Below are positions 10,644 to 21,548 of a DNA stretch of 32,000 nt, one piece after another. Each line of letters starts with the position of its first letter. The first letter of the stretch is position 1. The DNA is from Dickeya solani IPO 2222 (lineage in GTDB: Bacteria; Pseudomonadota; Gammaproteobacteria; Enterobacterales; Enterobacteriaceae): contig NZ_CP015137.1 of NCBI RefSeq assembly GCF_001644705.1, positions 1,080,001 to 1,112,000 on the forward strand, written 5' to 3'. Below the pieces are notes generated by a model. That model was given only the letters and a program-made list of their open reading frames with translations. It ran no database searches and was not told the DNA's origin. The translations under genes and the position numbers were made by a program.

Positions 10644-10671
10644 AGGCGTAAAGATACAATTCTTTACGCCT
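10644..10671 (+). terminator. Stem-loop after aer (possible weak terminator)
   Basis: AGGCGTAAAG (10644-10653) / CTTTACGCCT (10662-10671), a 10-bp stem with an 8-nt loop. A second CCCC/GGGG hairpin follows, and a T-run comes only at about 10701. There is no canonical U-tract directly after the stem. Confidence 0.35.
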
Positions 10672-10738
10672 CTCCCCGAACAAGGGGTAGATAGAATTCG
10701 CTTTTTGGTTAATAATCACTCATAAGATCGCGCCAGGT

Positions 10739-10746
10739 GCCGATAA
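10739..10746 (+). promoter_or_regulatory. Sigma-28 (FliA)-type -10 box GCCGATAA upstream of FlxA-like gene 1
   Basis: Exact GCCGATAA(C) lies 52 nt upstream of the ATG at 10798. The -35 region at the expected spacing (CTCATAAG) is poor. Confidence 0.4.
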
Positions 10747-10797
10747 CAGAGATAGCAGGGACAGTCCCCTGCCCAGACGACATAATCAGGAGGATGT

Positions 10798-11130
10798 ATG
10801 CTGAGTCCAATTACCAGCTCTGCGTTTGCAGTGATGCCGGTGCCAGCATCCACCAGCGTCGAAACCAACACTGAACAAAAGGTTTCCGATCGCAATCTGC
10901 AAAACCTGAAAGCCGCCGAGACATCGGGTGAAAGCACCAAAAAGCAGCAGGAAACCACGATTAACGGACAGCAGCAGTCGATGCAGGCTCAGATTGTGGT
11001 GATGCAGGGTCAAATCGCCCAGTTGCAAACTCAGCAAGTGCCGCCGCCGCAGGAAAGCAAACCGCTGGTCAAGCCGGTTGAAGGCGTTAACCGCCCCTCG
11101 GCAGAACATGCGATCGATATCTATATCTGA
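10798..11130 (+). CDS. FlxA-like glutamine-rich coiled-coil small protein, paralog 1 (function unknown)
   Basis: 110 aa, with AGGAGG 4 nt upstream of the ATG. It has a central QQQSMQAQIVVMQGQIAQLQTQQ tract, EGVNRP, and the C-terminus AIDIYI-stop. It shares this architecture with the two downstream ORFs. Confidence 0.75.
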   Translation: MLSPITSSAFAVMPVPASTSVETNTEQKVSDRNLQNLKAAETSGESTKKQQETTINGQQQSMQAQIVVMQGQIAQLQTQQVPPPQESKPLVKPVEGVNRPSAEHAIDIYI

Positions 11131-11158
11131 TCGGTCTGTTAGATAAATTACATAACCC

Positions 11159-11190
11159 AGCCCGCTGCCAACCCAGCGGGTTTTGTTTTT
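11159..11190 (+). terminator. Rho-independent terminator after FlxA-like gene 1
   Basis: Stem CCCGCTG (11161-11167) / CAGCGGG (11174-11180), followed by TTTTGTTTTT. Confidence 0.75.
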
Positions 11191-11239
11191 CAGGGTAAAG
11201 GTAATCATCAATCATTAAAGTCACCGCGTAGGTAGCAGC

Positions 11240-11247
11240 ACCGATAA
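11240..11247 (+). promoter_or_regulatory. Sigma-28-type -10 box ACCGATAA upstream of FlxA-like gene 2
   Basis: ACCGATAA(C) matches the consensus at 7 of 8 positions and lies 44 nt upstream of the ATG at 11284. TAAAGTCA at 11215-11222 resembles the -35 consensus TAAAGTTT but sits 17 nt away rather than about 11. Confidence 0.35.
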
Positions 11248-11283
11248 CAACATCACTGGTATCACGATTTCAAGGAGGCACTT

Positions 11284-11637
11284 ATGGTAGGTTCAGTCGG
11301 TTCGGCAACATCAGCAGCCCCGGAAACAGCAAACACCAGCACCGCAGGCATTGAACAAAAGGTCATGCAACTCACCAAACAGATTCAGTCTGTGACCAAA
11401 GAGCTAGGTAAAGTTGTAGCAAAAATGCTCGCAGCTAAGACGGATGAAGAGCGCCAGTTGCTTCAGCAGCAGCAGAAAATGCTGCAGGCGCAGATCCAGC
11501 AATTACAACAGCAGATTCAGCAACTGCAACAACAGAAAGCGCAGCAGCAATCACAAGCAACGGACATCACCTCGTCCGCTCAGCAGGAAAAGAGTAATCC
11601 GCTTGCCGCTGACCGTTCAGTCGATATCTATATTTGA
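11284..11637 (+). CDS. FlxA-like glutamine-rich coiled-coil small protein, paralog 2 (function unknown)
   Basis: 117 aa, with AAGGAGG 5 nt upstream. Motifs are GSATSA, TDEERQLLQQQQKMLQAQIQQLQQQIQQLQQQK, and the C-terminus SVDIYI-stop. Confidence 0.8.
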   Translation: MVGSVGSATSAAPETANTSTAGIEQKVMQLTKQIQSVTKELGKVVAKMLAAKTDEERQLLQQQQKMLQAQIQQLQQQIQQLQQQKAQQQSQATDITSSAQQEKSNPLAADRSVDIYI

Positions 11638-11691
11638 TAGACTATTATTCCTGCTGACGCATTTGTATGGTCTTTGTCAGGAAAGCGAAAA

Positions 11692-11724
11692 GCCGATAAA
11701 GATACCGCGGTGCTATGCCGATAA
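11692..11724 (+). promoter_or_regulatory. Near-canonical sigma-28 promoter upstream of FlxA-like gene 3, with a second overlapping GCCGATAA box
   Basis: TAAAGATA (11697-11704) - 12 nt - GCCGATAA (11717-11724), against the consensus TAAAGTTT-N11-GCCGATAA. A second perfect GCCGATAA sits at 11692-11699. The ATG is at 11761. Confidence 0.55.
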
Positions 11725-11760
11725 CGGCATAGCCACTATGGCTATTTTCAGGAGGAATTT

Positions 11761-12129
11761 ATGGCAAGTTCTATCGGCTCGGCAACATCAGCCGTTTCTG
11801 CGTCATCAGGCAGCAGTAGCGCCAGTGTCGATCAGCAGATCGCCCAGTTAAGCAAGGAAATTCAAACGCTGACCAAGCAATCGACTAAGCTGACTCAGCA
11901 GGTGAAAGACGCAACAACAGATGAAGAACGTAAGTTGCTTGAACAGCAGCAAAAGATGATTCAGGCGCAGATCCAGCAACTGCAGGCACAAATTCAGCAG
12001 TTGCAGCAGCAAAAAACACAACAGGCTCAGCAGAATCAGCCGTCGGAGGTTTCCTCCGTTCAGTCAACCAAGCCTCAGGAAGGCGTTAACGCGCCGACAG
12101 ATGAAAATAGCATCAACATCTACATCTAA
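11761..12129 (+). CDS. FlxA-like glutamine-rich coiled-coil small protein, paralog 3 (function unknown)
   Basis: 122 aa, with AGGAGG 5 nt upstream. Motifs are GSATSA, TDEERKLLEQQQKMIQAQIQQLQAQIQQLQQQK, EGVNAP, and the C-terminus SINIYI-stop. Confidence 0.8.
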   Translation: MASSIGSATSAVSASSGSSSASVDQQIAQLSKEIQTLTKQSTKLTQQVKDATTDEERKLLEQQQKMIQAQIQQLQAQIQQLQQQKTQQAQQNQPSEVSSVQSTKPQEGVNAPTDENSINIYI

Positions 12130-12164
12130 TCCCGTGTCTGGCTGATTATCGCCTGTAATGAACT

Positions 12165-12204
12165 AAAGCATCATTTATCGTCATGATTAATGATGCTTTT
12201 TTAT
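12165..12204 (+). terminator. Rho-independent terminator after FlxA-like gene 3
   Basis: Stem AAAGCATCATT (12165-12175) / AATGATGCTTT (12189-12199), followed by TTTTATT. Confidence 0.8.
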
Positions 12205-12306
12205 TGGGTGAAACCCTGTTCGACAGGAAAATAATGGCGATGCCAGAGAGCGGCAAAGAATGCGGTCATCGGCCATTGACTCCCGCTATTAAGGTATCAA
12301 GATAGC

Positions 12307-12414
12307 GATGTATCTGAGATAACCATGTATCTGAGATAACAATGTATCTGGGACAACAATTGTATCTGGGACAACAATTGTATCTGGAACAACAATTGTA
12401 TCTGAAACAACAAC
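12307..12414. repeat. Six-copy 17/18-bp tandem repeat array (TGTATCTGRRAYAACAAY)
   Basis: TGTATCTG starts at 12309, 12326, 12343, 12361, 12379 and 12397, giving periods of 17, 17, 18, 18 and 18. The units drift from GAGATAACC to GGGACAACAAT to GAAACAACAAC. The array ends 3 nt from the ypeB stop codon (12418-12420). Confidence 0.9.
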
Positions 12415-12417
12415 GCA

Positions 12418-12639
12418 TCAGGGCTGGGGGCGGCGTAGCGGCTTAACCAACCCCTGCAACCCTTCCATCTTGATCGCCAGCGTAATCTGCATCAGCTCCC
12501 CTAAGCGCCCCGCCGGAAATTCGCCCTTGCGGGCGAACCAGAGGAGATACTCTTCCGGCAAGTCGATCAGCATCCGGCCTTTGTATTTGCCAAAAGGCAT
12601 TGGCGTATTGGCTATCGCCAGCAGATCCGCTTTTTCCAT
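12418..12639 (-). CDS. ypeB: DUF3820-family small protein
   Basis: 73 aa: MEKADLLAIANTPMPFGKYKGRMLIDLPEEYLLWFARKGEFPAGRLGELMQITLAIK... It lies immediately downstream of ligA (7-nt gap), as ypeB does in E. coli. GAAGGGAA lies upstream of the ATG at 12639. Confidence 0.8.
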   Translation of the reverse strand: MEKADLLAIANTPMPFGKYKGRMLIDLPEEYLLWFARKGEFPAGRLGELMQITLAIKMEGLQGLVKPLRRPQP

Positions 12640-12646
12640 GTTCCCT

Positions 12647-16137
<3,491 letters not shown>

Positions 16138-16181
16138 ACCCTGGCTCCAAAAACAGGTTCATTTTTAACGCGCGCTATACT

Positions 16182-16223
16182 ATCACATTCAACTACCACA
16201 CCATCACACTCAACTACCACACT
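16182..16223. repeat. 21-bp tandem duplication (ATCACAYTCAACTACCACACY x2) in the glnE-hldE spacer
   Basis: 16182-16202 and 16203-16223 are identical at 19 of 21 positions. The sequence is CA-rich with no G on the plus strand. Confidence 0.85.
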
Positions 16224-16271
16224 CACCGGGTAGCCACAGCGCCCCAGCGGGGCAGTTTTGCGCGACATGTA

Positions 16272-19121
16272 TCATTCCAGCCACTTCTTCCAGCTCTGTT
16301 GCACTTGCTGCCGCTCGGCGCTGAAACAATCATGACCAACGCGGCTGGGCAGTTCCTGCAACGCCAGATGATGGATTTCATCGCGCAGGGTGATGTAGGC
16401 CAGCCGTAAAGCGTCGGCCTCTCCTTCCGCCATCACGCCGTGGCGGGCCAGCAATTCCAGAATACGTACGTTATCGGACCAGCGCGTCAACCGCGGTTCC
16501 TGCGCCGCGTAACGCAGCACCAGATACTGGGCAATAAATTCAATATCGGTGATGCCGCCGGCGTCGGCCTTAATATCAAACCCCGAGTCCTTGCTGGCAT
16601 GGTGCTGACGCATTTTTTCCCGCATTTCGCGCACGTCGGTGCGCAGCGCGTCGCCGTCACGCTCTCGGCACAGAATCCGCTGACGAATTTGCTCAAACTG
16701 CTGCTGAATGGCGGGCTCGCCATACACGACCCGGGCACGCACCAGCGCCTGATGCTCCCAAGTCCAGGCCTCATTGCACTGATAATCCTCGAACGCCGCC
16801 ACCGTGCTCACCAGCATACCCGCCGCTCCCGATGGTCTTAGGCGGGCGTCGACCTCGTACAAAATACCGGACGAGGTACGAGTGCTGAACAGGTGCATCA
16901 CGCGCTGGGCCAGTCGCAAATAGAACTGGCGGCCGTCGATGCTACGCTCGCCATCGGTCGCCACGTTATCCGGGCAATCAATCAGAAACACCAGATCAAG
17001 GTCGGAACTGTAGCCCAACTCCCAGCCGCCCAGCTTGCCGTACCCCACCACGGCGAACCCGCGCCCGGACTGAGAATGCAGGTGGGCAGGCTGGCCGTAA
17101 CGCGCCACCATCTGGTTCCACGCCTGCTGTACCACAGCGGCAATTATCGCCTCCGCCAGATAGGTTAAGTGATCGCTCACTTTCATGACCGGCAGCGCGC
17201 CGACAATATCGGCCGCCGCGATGCGCAGATGCTGCGCCTGCTTGAACTGACGCAACGCTTCCAGTTGCTGCTCTTCGTCCTCCTCCGGCACCCGCATTAA
17301 GTATTGACGCAGTTCGTCGGCGTAAGCATTCAGCTCGGTGGGTTGGTACAAGCTGGCCGGGTCCAGCAGTTCATCCAGCAGCAACGGATAACGCGCCAGC
17401 TGGCTGGCAATCATCGGCGACACGGCGCACAGCCAGATCAGCTGCGTCAGCGCCGGGCGCGACTCCAGCAACAGTTCCAGATAGGTGGTACGGGTAACGA
17501 TGCCCAGCAACAGCGGCGTCAGGCGCGCCACGATGACGTCGGCATTAGCGTGACCGCAGGCCTGCGCCAGCAACGCCGGCATCAGTTGGTCGAGCACGTC
17601 GCGCCCGCGCGGCCCGATGGTGCGACGGGATAAATCAGCGCGAAAATCCGTCACCCGCGCCAGCAGCCGCTCGCACACCTCCGGGGTCAGGTCAGGCGCC
17701 AGCGCCGCCAGGTCCGCGCTATCCAGGCCATCCTGCCACAGGCTGCTGTAATGGCTATGCTCCGGGGTTTCGCTGCCGTCGGGCGCGTCATCGCCAATCA
17801 GTTGATGGAACACCTCGCGCACCGCGTGCATCTGCTGATGTAAGCGTTCACTCAGCTGTAACCAGTCGTCACAGCGCATCCCCCACGCCAGCCGCGCCTG
17901 ATTAAGCGGGTCTTCCGGCAGGGTTTGCGTCTGTTCGTCGGCGATCGACTGCAGCAGGTTCTCCAGCCGGCGCAAAAACAGATACGCCTCGCGCAGTTGA
18001 TCGGCCTGCGCCGGGGTCAACAGCCCCAGTTCGCCAACCTGCGTCAGCGTCGGCAACAGAGCGCGCCCCTGCAACGTAGGCTCGCGGCCGCCGCGAATCA
18101 GCTGAAACACCTGGGTGATGAACTCCACTTCGCGGATGCCGCCCGCCCCCAGCTTGATGTTGTTGCGCAGGTCGCGCCGCCGTACTTCGCGGGCGATCAT
18201 GCTCTTCATGTTGCGTAGCGATTGAATCACGCTGAAATCGATATAACGACGAAACACGAACGGCCGCAGCATGCGGATCAGTTCCTGGCTGTAATGGTCG
18301 TCATCGCCCCCCATCAGCCGGGCTTTGACCATCGCATACCGCTCCCAGTCGCGCCCTTGCTCCTGATAGTAATCTTCCAGCGCGGCGAAGCTCATCACCA
18401 GCGGACCGCTGTCGCCAAACGGCCGCAGGCGCATGTCCACCCGGTAAACGAAGCCGTCCACGGTCGGCTGGTCCAGCGCCTTGATCAGCCGCTGGCCGAG
18501 GCGGGTAAAGAACTGAGCGTTATCCAGCTCCCGGCGTCCGCCGCGGGTCTGCCCGTTTTCCGGATAGGCGAAAATCAGATCGATATCCGAGGAAAAATTC
18601 AGCTCGCCGCCGCCAAGTTTGCCCATGCCCAGAATCAGCAATGGCTGAGGCTCGCCCGCCGCATTGCACGGCGTGCCCCACTCGCGGCAGCAGGCGTCAT
18701 ACAGCCACTGACGAGCGGCGACGATCAGCGCTTCCGCCAGAACGCTCAGTTGCTGCAATGTCTGCCCGGTGTCGCTGAGCTGCAACCATTGCCCCCAGGC
18801 GATGCGCGTCAGAATGCGGCGCCGAAACAGGCGCAGCGCCTGCATTAATGCTGTCTCATCGCTGACGCCGCTCAACGCCTGCGACAGCCAGTCCGCGTAC
18901 TGCCGCCACTCCTCCGGCTGAGGCGGTTGCCGGACCATCTCCTGCCGCCACTCCGGATAGCGCGCCAGCGCGTCGCTCACGAACTCGCTGCAAATCAGTA
19001 CCGCCACCGCCTCATCGGCCAGCAGCGTTGGTTCGGAAATCAACAGACGCTCCGCCTCATGGCGCGCCTGTTCGGTCAGTGGTGCAGAGAGCGGAAACAA
19101 CGATGCGGGATGACAGGTCAT
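16272..19121 (-). CDS. glnE: Bifunctional glutamine synthetase adenylyltransferase / adenylyl-removing enzyme
   Basis: 949 aa with two nucleotidyltransferase repeats ([23 protein letters not shown]... and [23 protein letters not shown]...). It is collinear with E. coli GlnE (946 aa). Confidence 0.93.
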   Translation of the reverse strand: MTCHPASLFPLSAPLTEQARHEAERLLISEPTLLADEAVAVLICSEFVSDALARYPEWRQEMVRQPPQPEEWRQYADWLSQALSGVSDETALMQALRLFRRRILTRIAWGQWLQLSDTGQTLQQLSVLAEALIVAARQWLYDACCREWGTPCNAAGEPQPLLILGMGKLGGGELNFSSDIDLIFAYPENGQTRGGRRELDNAQFFTRLGQRLIKALDQPTVDGFVYRVDMRLRPFGDSGPLVMSFAALEDYYQEQGRDWERYAMVKARLMGGDDDHYSQELIRMLRPFVFRRYIDFSVIQSLRNMKSMIAREVRRRDLRNNIKLGAGGIREVEFITQVFQLIRGGREPTLQGRALLPTLTQVGELGLLTPAQADQLREAYLFLRRLENLLQSIADEQTQTLPEDPLNQARLAWGMRCDDWLQLSERLHQQMHAVREVFHQLIGDDAPDGSETPEHSHYSSLWQDGLDSADLAALAPDLTPEVCERLLARVTDFRADLSRRTIGPRGRDVLDQLMPALLAQACGHANADVIVARLTPLLLGIVTRTTYLELLLESRPALTQLIWLCAVSPMIASQLARYPLLLDELLDPASLYQPTELNAYADELRQYLMRVPEEDEEQQLEALRQFKQAQHLRIAAADIVGALPVMKVSDHLTYLAEAIIAAVVQQAWNQMVARYGQPAHLHSQSGRGFAVVGYGKLGGWELGYSSDLDLVFLIDCPDNVATDGERSIDGRQFYLRLAQRVMHLFSTRTSSGILYEVDARLRPSGAAGMLVSTVAAFEDYQCNEAWTWEHQALVRARVVYGEPAIQQQFEQIRQRILCRERDGDALRTDVREMREKMRQHHASKDSGFDIKADAGGITDIEFIAQYLVLRYAAQEPRLTRWSDNVRILELLARHGVMAEGEADALRLAYITLRDEIHHLALQELPSRVGHDCFSAERQQVQQSWKKWLE

Positions 19122-19153
19122 GGCGATATCCTTGCACAGCTGCCCGTCAGGCA

Positions 19154-19183
19154 GCTTCGATAAATGTTGCTTCGATAAATGTT
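19154..19183. repeat. Perfect 15-bp tandem duplication GCTTCGATAAATGTT x2 upstream of glnE
   Basis: 19154-19168 and 19169-19183 are identical. The duplication lies 33 nt from the glnE ATG (19121) on the minus strand. Confidence 0.9.
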
Positions 19184-19188
19184 GAACC

Positions 19189-19226
19189 GGGTTATCGCCT
19201 TGCCCGTACCGGAAAGGCGATAACCC
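19189..19226 (-). other. Strong 13-bp stem-loop between ygiF and glnE
   Basis: GGGTTATCGCCTT (19189-19201) / AAGGCGATAACCC (19214-19226), a perfect stem with a 12-nt loop, sitting 18 nt after the ygiF stop. No U-tract follows on either strand, so it is not a canonical terminator. Confidence 0.6.
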
Positions 19227-19244
19227 CGAAGCGCGACAGGCGGA

Positions 19245-20576
19245 TTACTGGCCGCTATGCAGCCAGAACGGCGGCTGTTCGATCGCCTGCTTGCGGCAGT
19301 GCTCCAGCTCGCCGGGTATGCTCTGGCCGGCGGACAATGCTTCAATCAGTTGCATCAGCTCGCGCCACAGTTGCAGATAGCGGTGGGTATCCTCCGGCGG
19401 ATAGGAACCGCCCAGCAGCAAAAAGGCATGCACGCCTCGCTGCAGCCGCGGCAATTGCTGGGTGTAATGCGACGCATCCAGCGCATGGCTGAATACGGCT
19501 TTCAGTTCAGCCAGCCCGCGGCTCATCATGATATCGGCGAAGCGTTTCCAGGAACTCTGCAACCGCATCAGCTCACGGTTGTCCATGTAGCCGCGCCAGC
19601 CGTGCTTCACCAGCCACGAGGTCAGAATCAGTTTGCCTTTCAGGTAATCGGCGCTGTAGCAGAGCGTATCCGCCGCTTCCGTGCGCTCGATCCCCTCGTC
19701 AAGATGGGTCAACGCCGCACGGAATTCCGAGGTCACCTTACGCGGCACCACGCCCCCCGCCAGCACCAGCAGCTCTCGCATCATGCCGCTGGCGTCCAGC
19801 AGCGCCAAACGCGCCGCATTATCGCCGCGCGCCCACAGCTCTTCATGGTATTGCCAGTGACTGAACGCATGCTCCAGCCCGGCGGCAATGCCCTGTTCGA
19901 GCGTCATTTTCGGTTCTACAGGCAGGAAACCCAGCTCACTGCGCGGCCGGGCCGGATTGCCTTTCGCCAGATGATAGCCGCGGGCGGCTTTGCTCAGGTT
20001 CCCTTGCCGCAGGCCGCCGATGTCAGCCAGTTCGCTGGCGAACGCCAGCAAATCCTCAGTACGACCGTTTTTCAGCTCCAGTTCCAGTTCACACAGCGGT
20101 TCGACGAATTCGCCGGCGCTGACCTCGCCCTGATCAACGGCGATCTCAATCAGGCTCTGATGGTAGGACACCACCCAGGCTTCTCGCTGAAAATCGGTGC
20201 TGAACAGCGGCTGCAACGCCTGAGCCAGCGCGTCGATATCGCAATCCTCCGGCCAAATCTCCGCAGGCAGCAGACGAATATCCAGTTGCGGCCCGGGCAG
20301 ATCCACGTTGTATTCCGGATGCTGATGGAGTCCGCCTACGACTTTCCCCGCGGTTTTCACCGTCATCTCATAACGGCCGTTTTCACCCCGGATACGTAGC
20401 CCGATACCATGCTGACGCAGATAGGCGTCGGCGGTTTCGTAATAAATATTCGCCAGTTGGCAGGTATGCAGATGGTTGCTGTGCCCCACGTCGCTCTGCC
20501 AGTTTTTCAGGCCTTGTCTGACCGTCGCCACCGCATCGGGGTGAATGATAAATTTTAACTCGATCTCTTCGCTCAT
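19245..20576 (-). CDS. ygiF: Inorganic triphosphatase (CYTH domain) with C-terminal CHAD domain
   Basis: 443 aa. It has an N-terminal EIELKF CYTH signature and sits upstream of glnE, as in E. coli ygiF-glnE-hldE. Confidence 0.85.
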   Translation of the reverse strand: MSEEIELKFIIHPDAVATVRQGLKNWQSDVGHSNHLHTCQLANIYYETADAYLRQHGIGLRIRGENGRYEMTVKTAGKVVGGLHQHPEYNVDLPGPQLDIRLLPAEIWPEDCDIDALAQALQPLFSTDFQREAWVVSYHQSLIEIAVDQGEVSAGEFVEPLCELELELKNGRTEDLLAFASELADIGGLRQGNLSKAARGYHLAKGNPARPRSELGFLPVEPKMTLEQGIAAGLEHAFSHWQYHEELWARGDNAARLALLDASGMMRELLVLAGGVVPRKVTSEFRAALTHLDEGIERTEAADTLCYSADYLKGKLILTSWLVKHGWRGYMDNRELMRLQSSWKRFADIMMSRGLAELKAVFSHALDASHYTQQLPRLQRGVHAFLLLGGSYPPEDTHRYLQLWRELMQLIEALSAGQSIPGELEHCRKQAIEQPPFWLHSGQ

Positions 20577-20881
20577 AGTCTTGCACTACCGGATATTGCG
20601 GAAATGTCGCCAGTAAATAACATTTTATCTCAGGTTGCCACTTTTGCGGCATGGCGACGCACACGCCCTGCGAGCGTTCTCACAAGGCGAATGCAACTCG
20701 ATTCTCTCCCTCGCCGGATTTTGACTATGCTTGAGTTCTCATCACCCGTTAACCAAGGCACTGATTTACCAAACCAAGTTTACAAAACCAAGAGTAAGAC
20801 TGTTCCCATTCAGGTTTGCTGGCGTCATCGTCAGACTGGGCGCGCTAACCGCAGAATCCCTATGAACTTAATATATTGAAT

Positions 20882-21499
20882 ATGATGAATAAATTACCCT
20901 TGCTCCTTGCCGCGGTCCTGGGCCTGTCCACAACATTGGGCCTGCATGCGGAAGAAAAACGCTACATCTCCGATGAACTTGTCACCTACACCCGCAGCGG
21001 TCCGGGCAGCCAGTATCGTATCGTCGGCACGTTGAACGCCGGTGAAGCCGTCACGCTCATCAGCGCCGACGCCGGTTACGCGCAGATTCGTGACGAAAAA
21101 GGCCGCACCAGTTGGATTCAACTTGACCAGCTCAGCCAGACGCCTAGCCTGAAAACCCGGGTGCCGGAACTGGAGAATAACGTCAAAACCCTGACGGACA
21201 AGCTTAACAGCGTCGATCAGGACTGGAACCAGCGCACCGTCGACCTGCGCCAAAAAGTCGCCGCCAGCGACGGCACCCTCGCTTCTTTGCAAAAAGAAAA
21301 TCAGGTGCTGAAAACCCAGTTGGAGGTCGCGCAGAAAAAACTTGAGGTAGCCAATCTGCAGTTGGACGACAAGCAACGTACGCTGATCATGCAGTGGTTT
21401 ATGTACGGCGGAGGCGTGGCGGGCGCGGGTCTGGTGCTGGGACTGCTGCTGCCGCACCTGTTGCCCCGACGCAAAAAGAATGACCGTTGGATGGGATAA
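20882..21499 (+). CDS. ygiM: SH3 domain-containing tail-anchored inner-membrane protein
   Basis: The track ORF begins at a TTG (20876); the first ATGs are at 20882 and 20885. ...EEKRYISDELVTYTRSGPGSQYRIVGTLNAGEAVTLI...LDDKQRTLIMQWFMYGGGVAGAGLVLGLLLPHLLPRRKKNDRWMG parallels E. coli YgiM (206 aa). Confidence 0.85.
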   Translation: MMNKLPLLLAAVLGLSTTLGLHAEEKRYISDELVTYTRSGPGSQYRIVGTLNAGEAVTLISADAGYAQIRDEKGRTSWIQLDQLSQTPSLKTRVPELENNVKTLTDKLNSVDQDWNQRTVDLRQKVAASDGTLASLQKENQVLKTQLEVAQKKLEVANLQLDDKQRTLIMQWFMYGGGVAGAGLVLGLLLPHLLPRRKKNDRWMG

Positions 21500-21548
21500 T
21501 CCCTGAACACCGGCTCGCCGACCACACGGCTGCCCCCTCCCGCTGTTT

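Noticed and set aside
10716-11211. 80-aa and 141-aa minus-strand ORFs, and the 135-aa plus-strand ORF at 11444-11851, all overlapping the FlxA-like genes.
   Set aside because: They are out-of-frame or antisense to ORFs that have strong AGGAGG sites, terminators and mutual paralogy. They have no signals of their own.
12234-12305. 23-codon ORF (MAMPESGKECGHRPLTPAIKVSR) with AGGAAA 5 nt upstream, ending at the start of the tandem array.
   Set aside because: It is too short to evaluate without conservation or ribosome-profiling data, has no recognisable motif, and is easily explained by chance.
12309-12341. GAGATAAC inside the first two tandem-repeat units, and TTCGATAA in the 15-bp repeat at 19154, as extra sigma-28 -10 boxes.
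   Set aside because: Only the GATAA(C) part matches. The critical CC of GCCGATAA is missing, no -35 element is present, and no downstream gene is in the right orientation. The resemblance is probably coincidental.
12307-12414. Possible CRISPR array.
   Set aside because: The repeats are directly contiguous with no unique spacers, the units are only 17-18 bp, and no cas genes or leader are present. It is a plain tandem repeat.
20577-20875. 91-aa plus-strand ORF (20604-20879) and 93-aa minus-strand ORF (20383-20664) in or around the ygiF/ygiM divergent region.
   Set aside because: They have no SD, a basic low-complexity translation, and overlap a promoter region and the ygiF 5' end. I found no convincing sRNA signature either.
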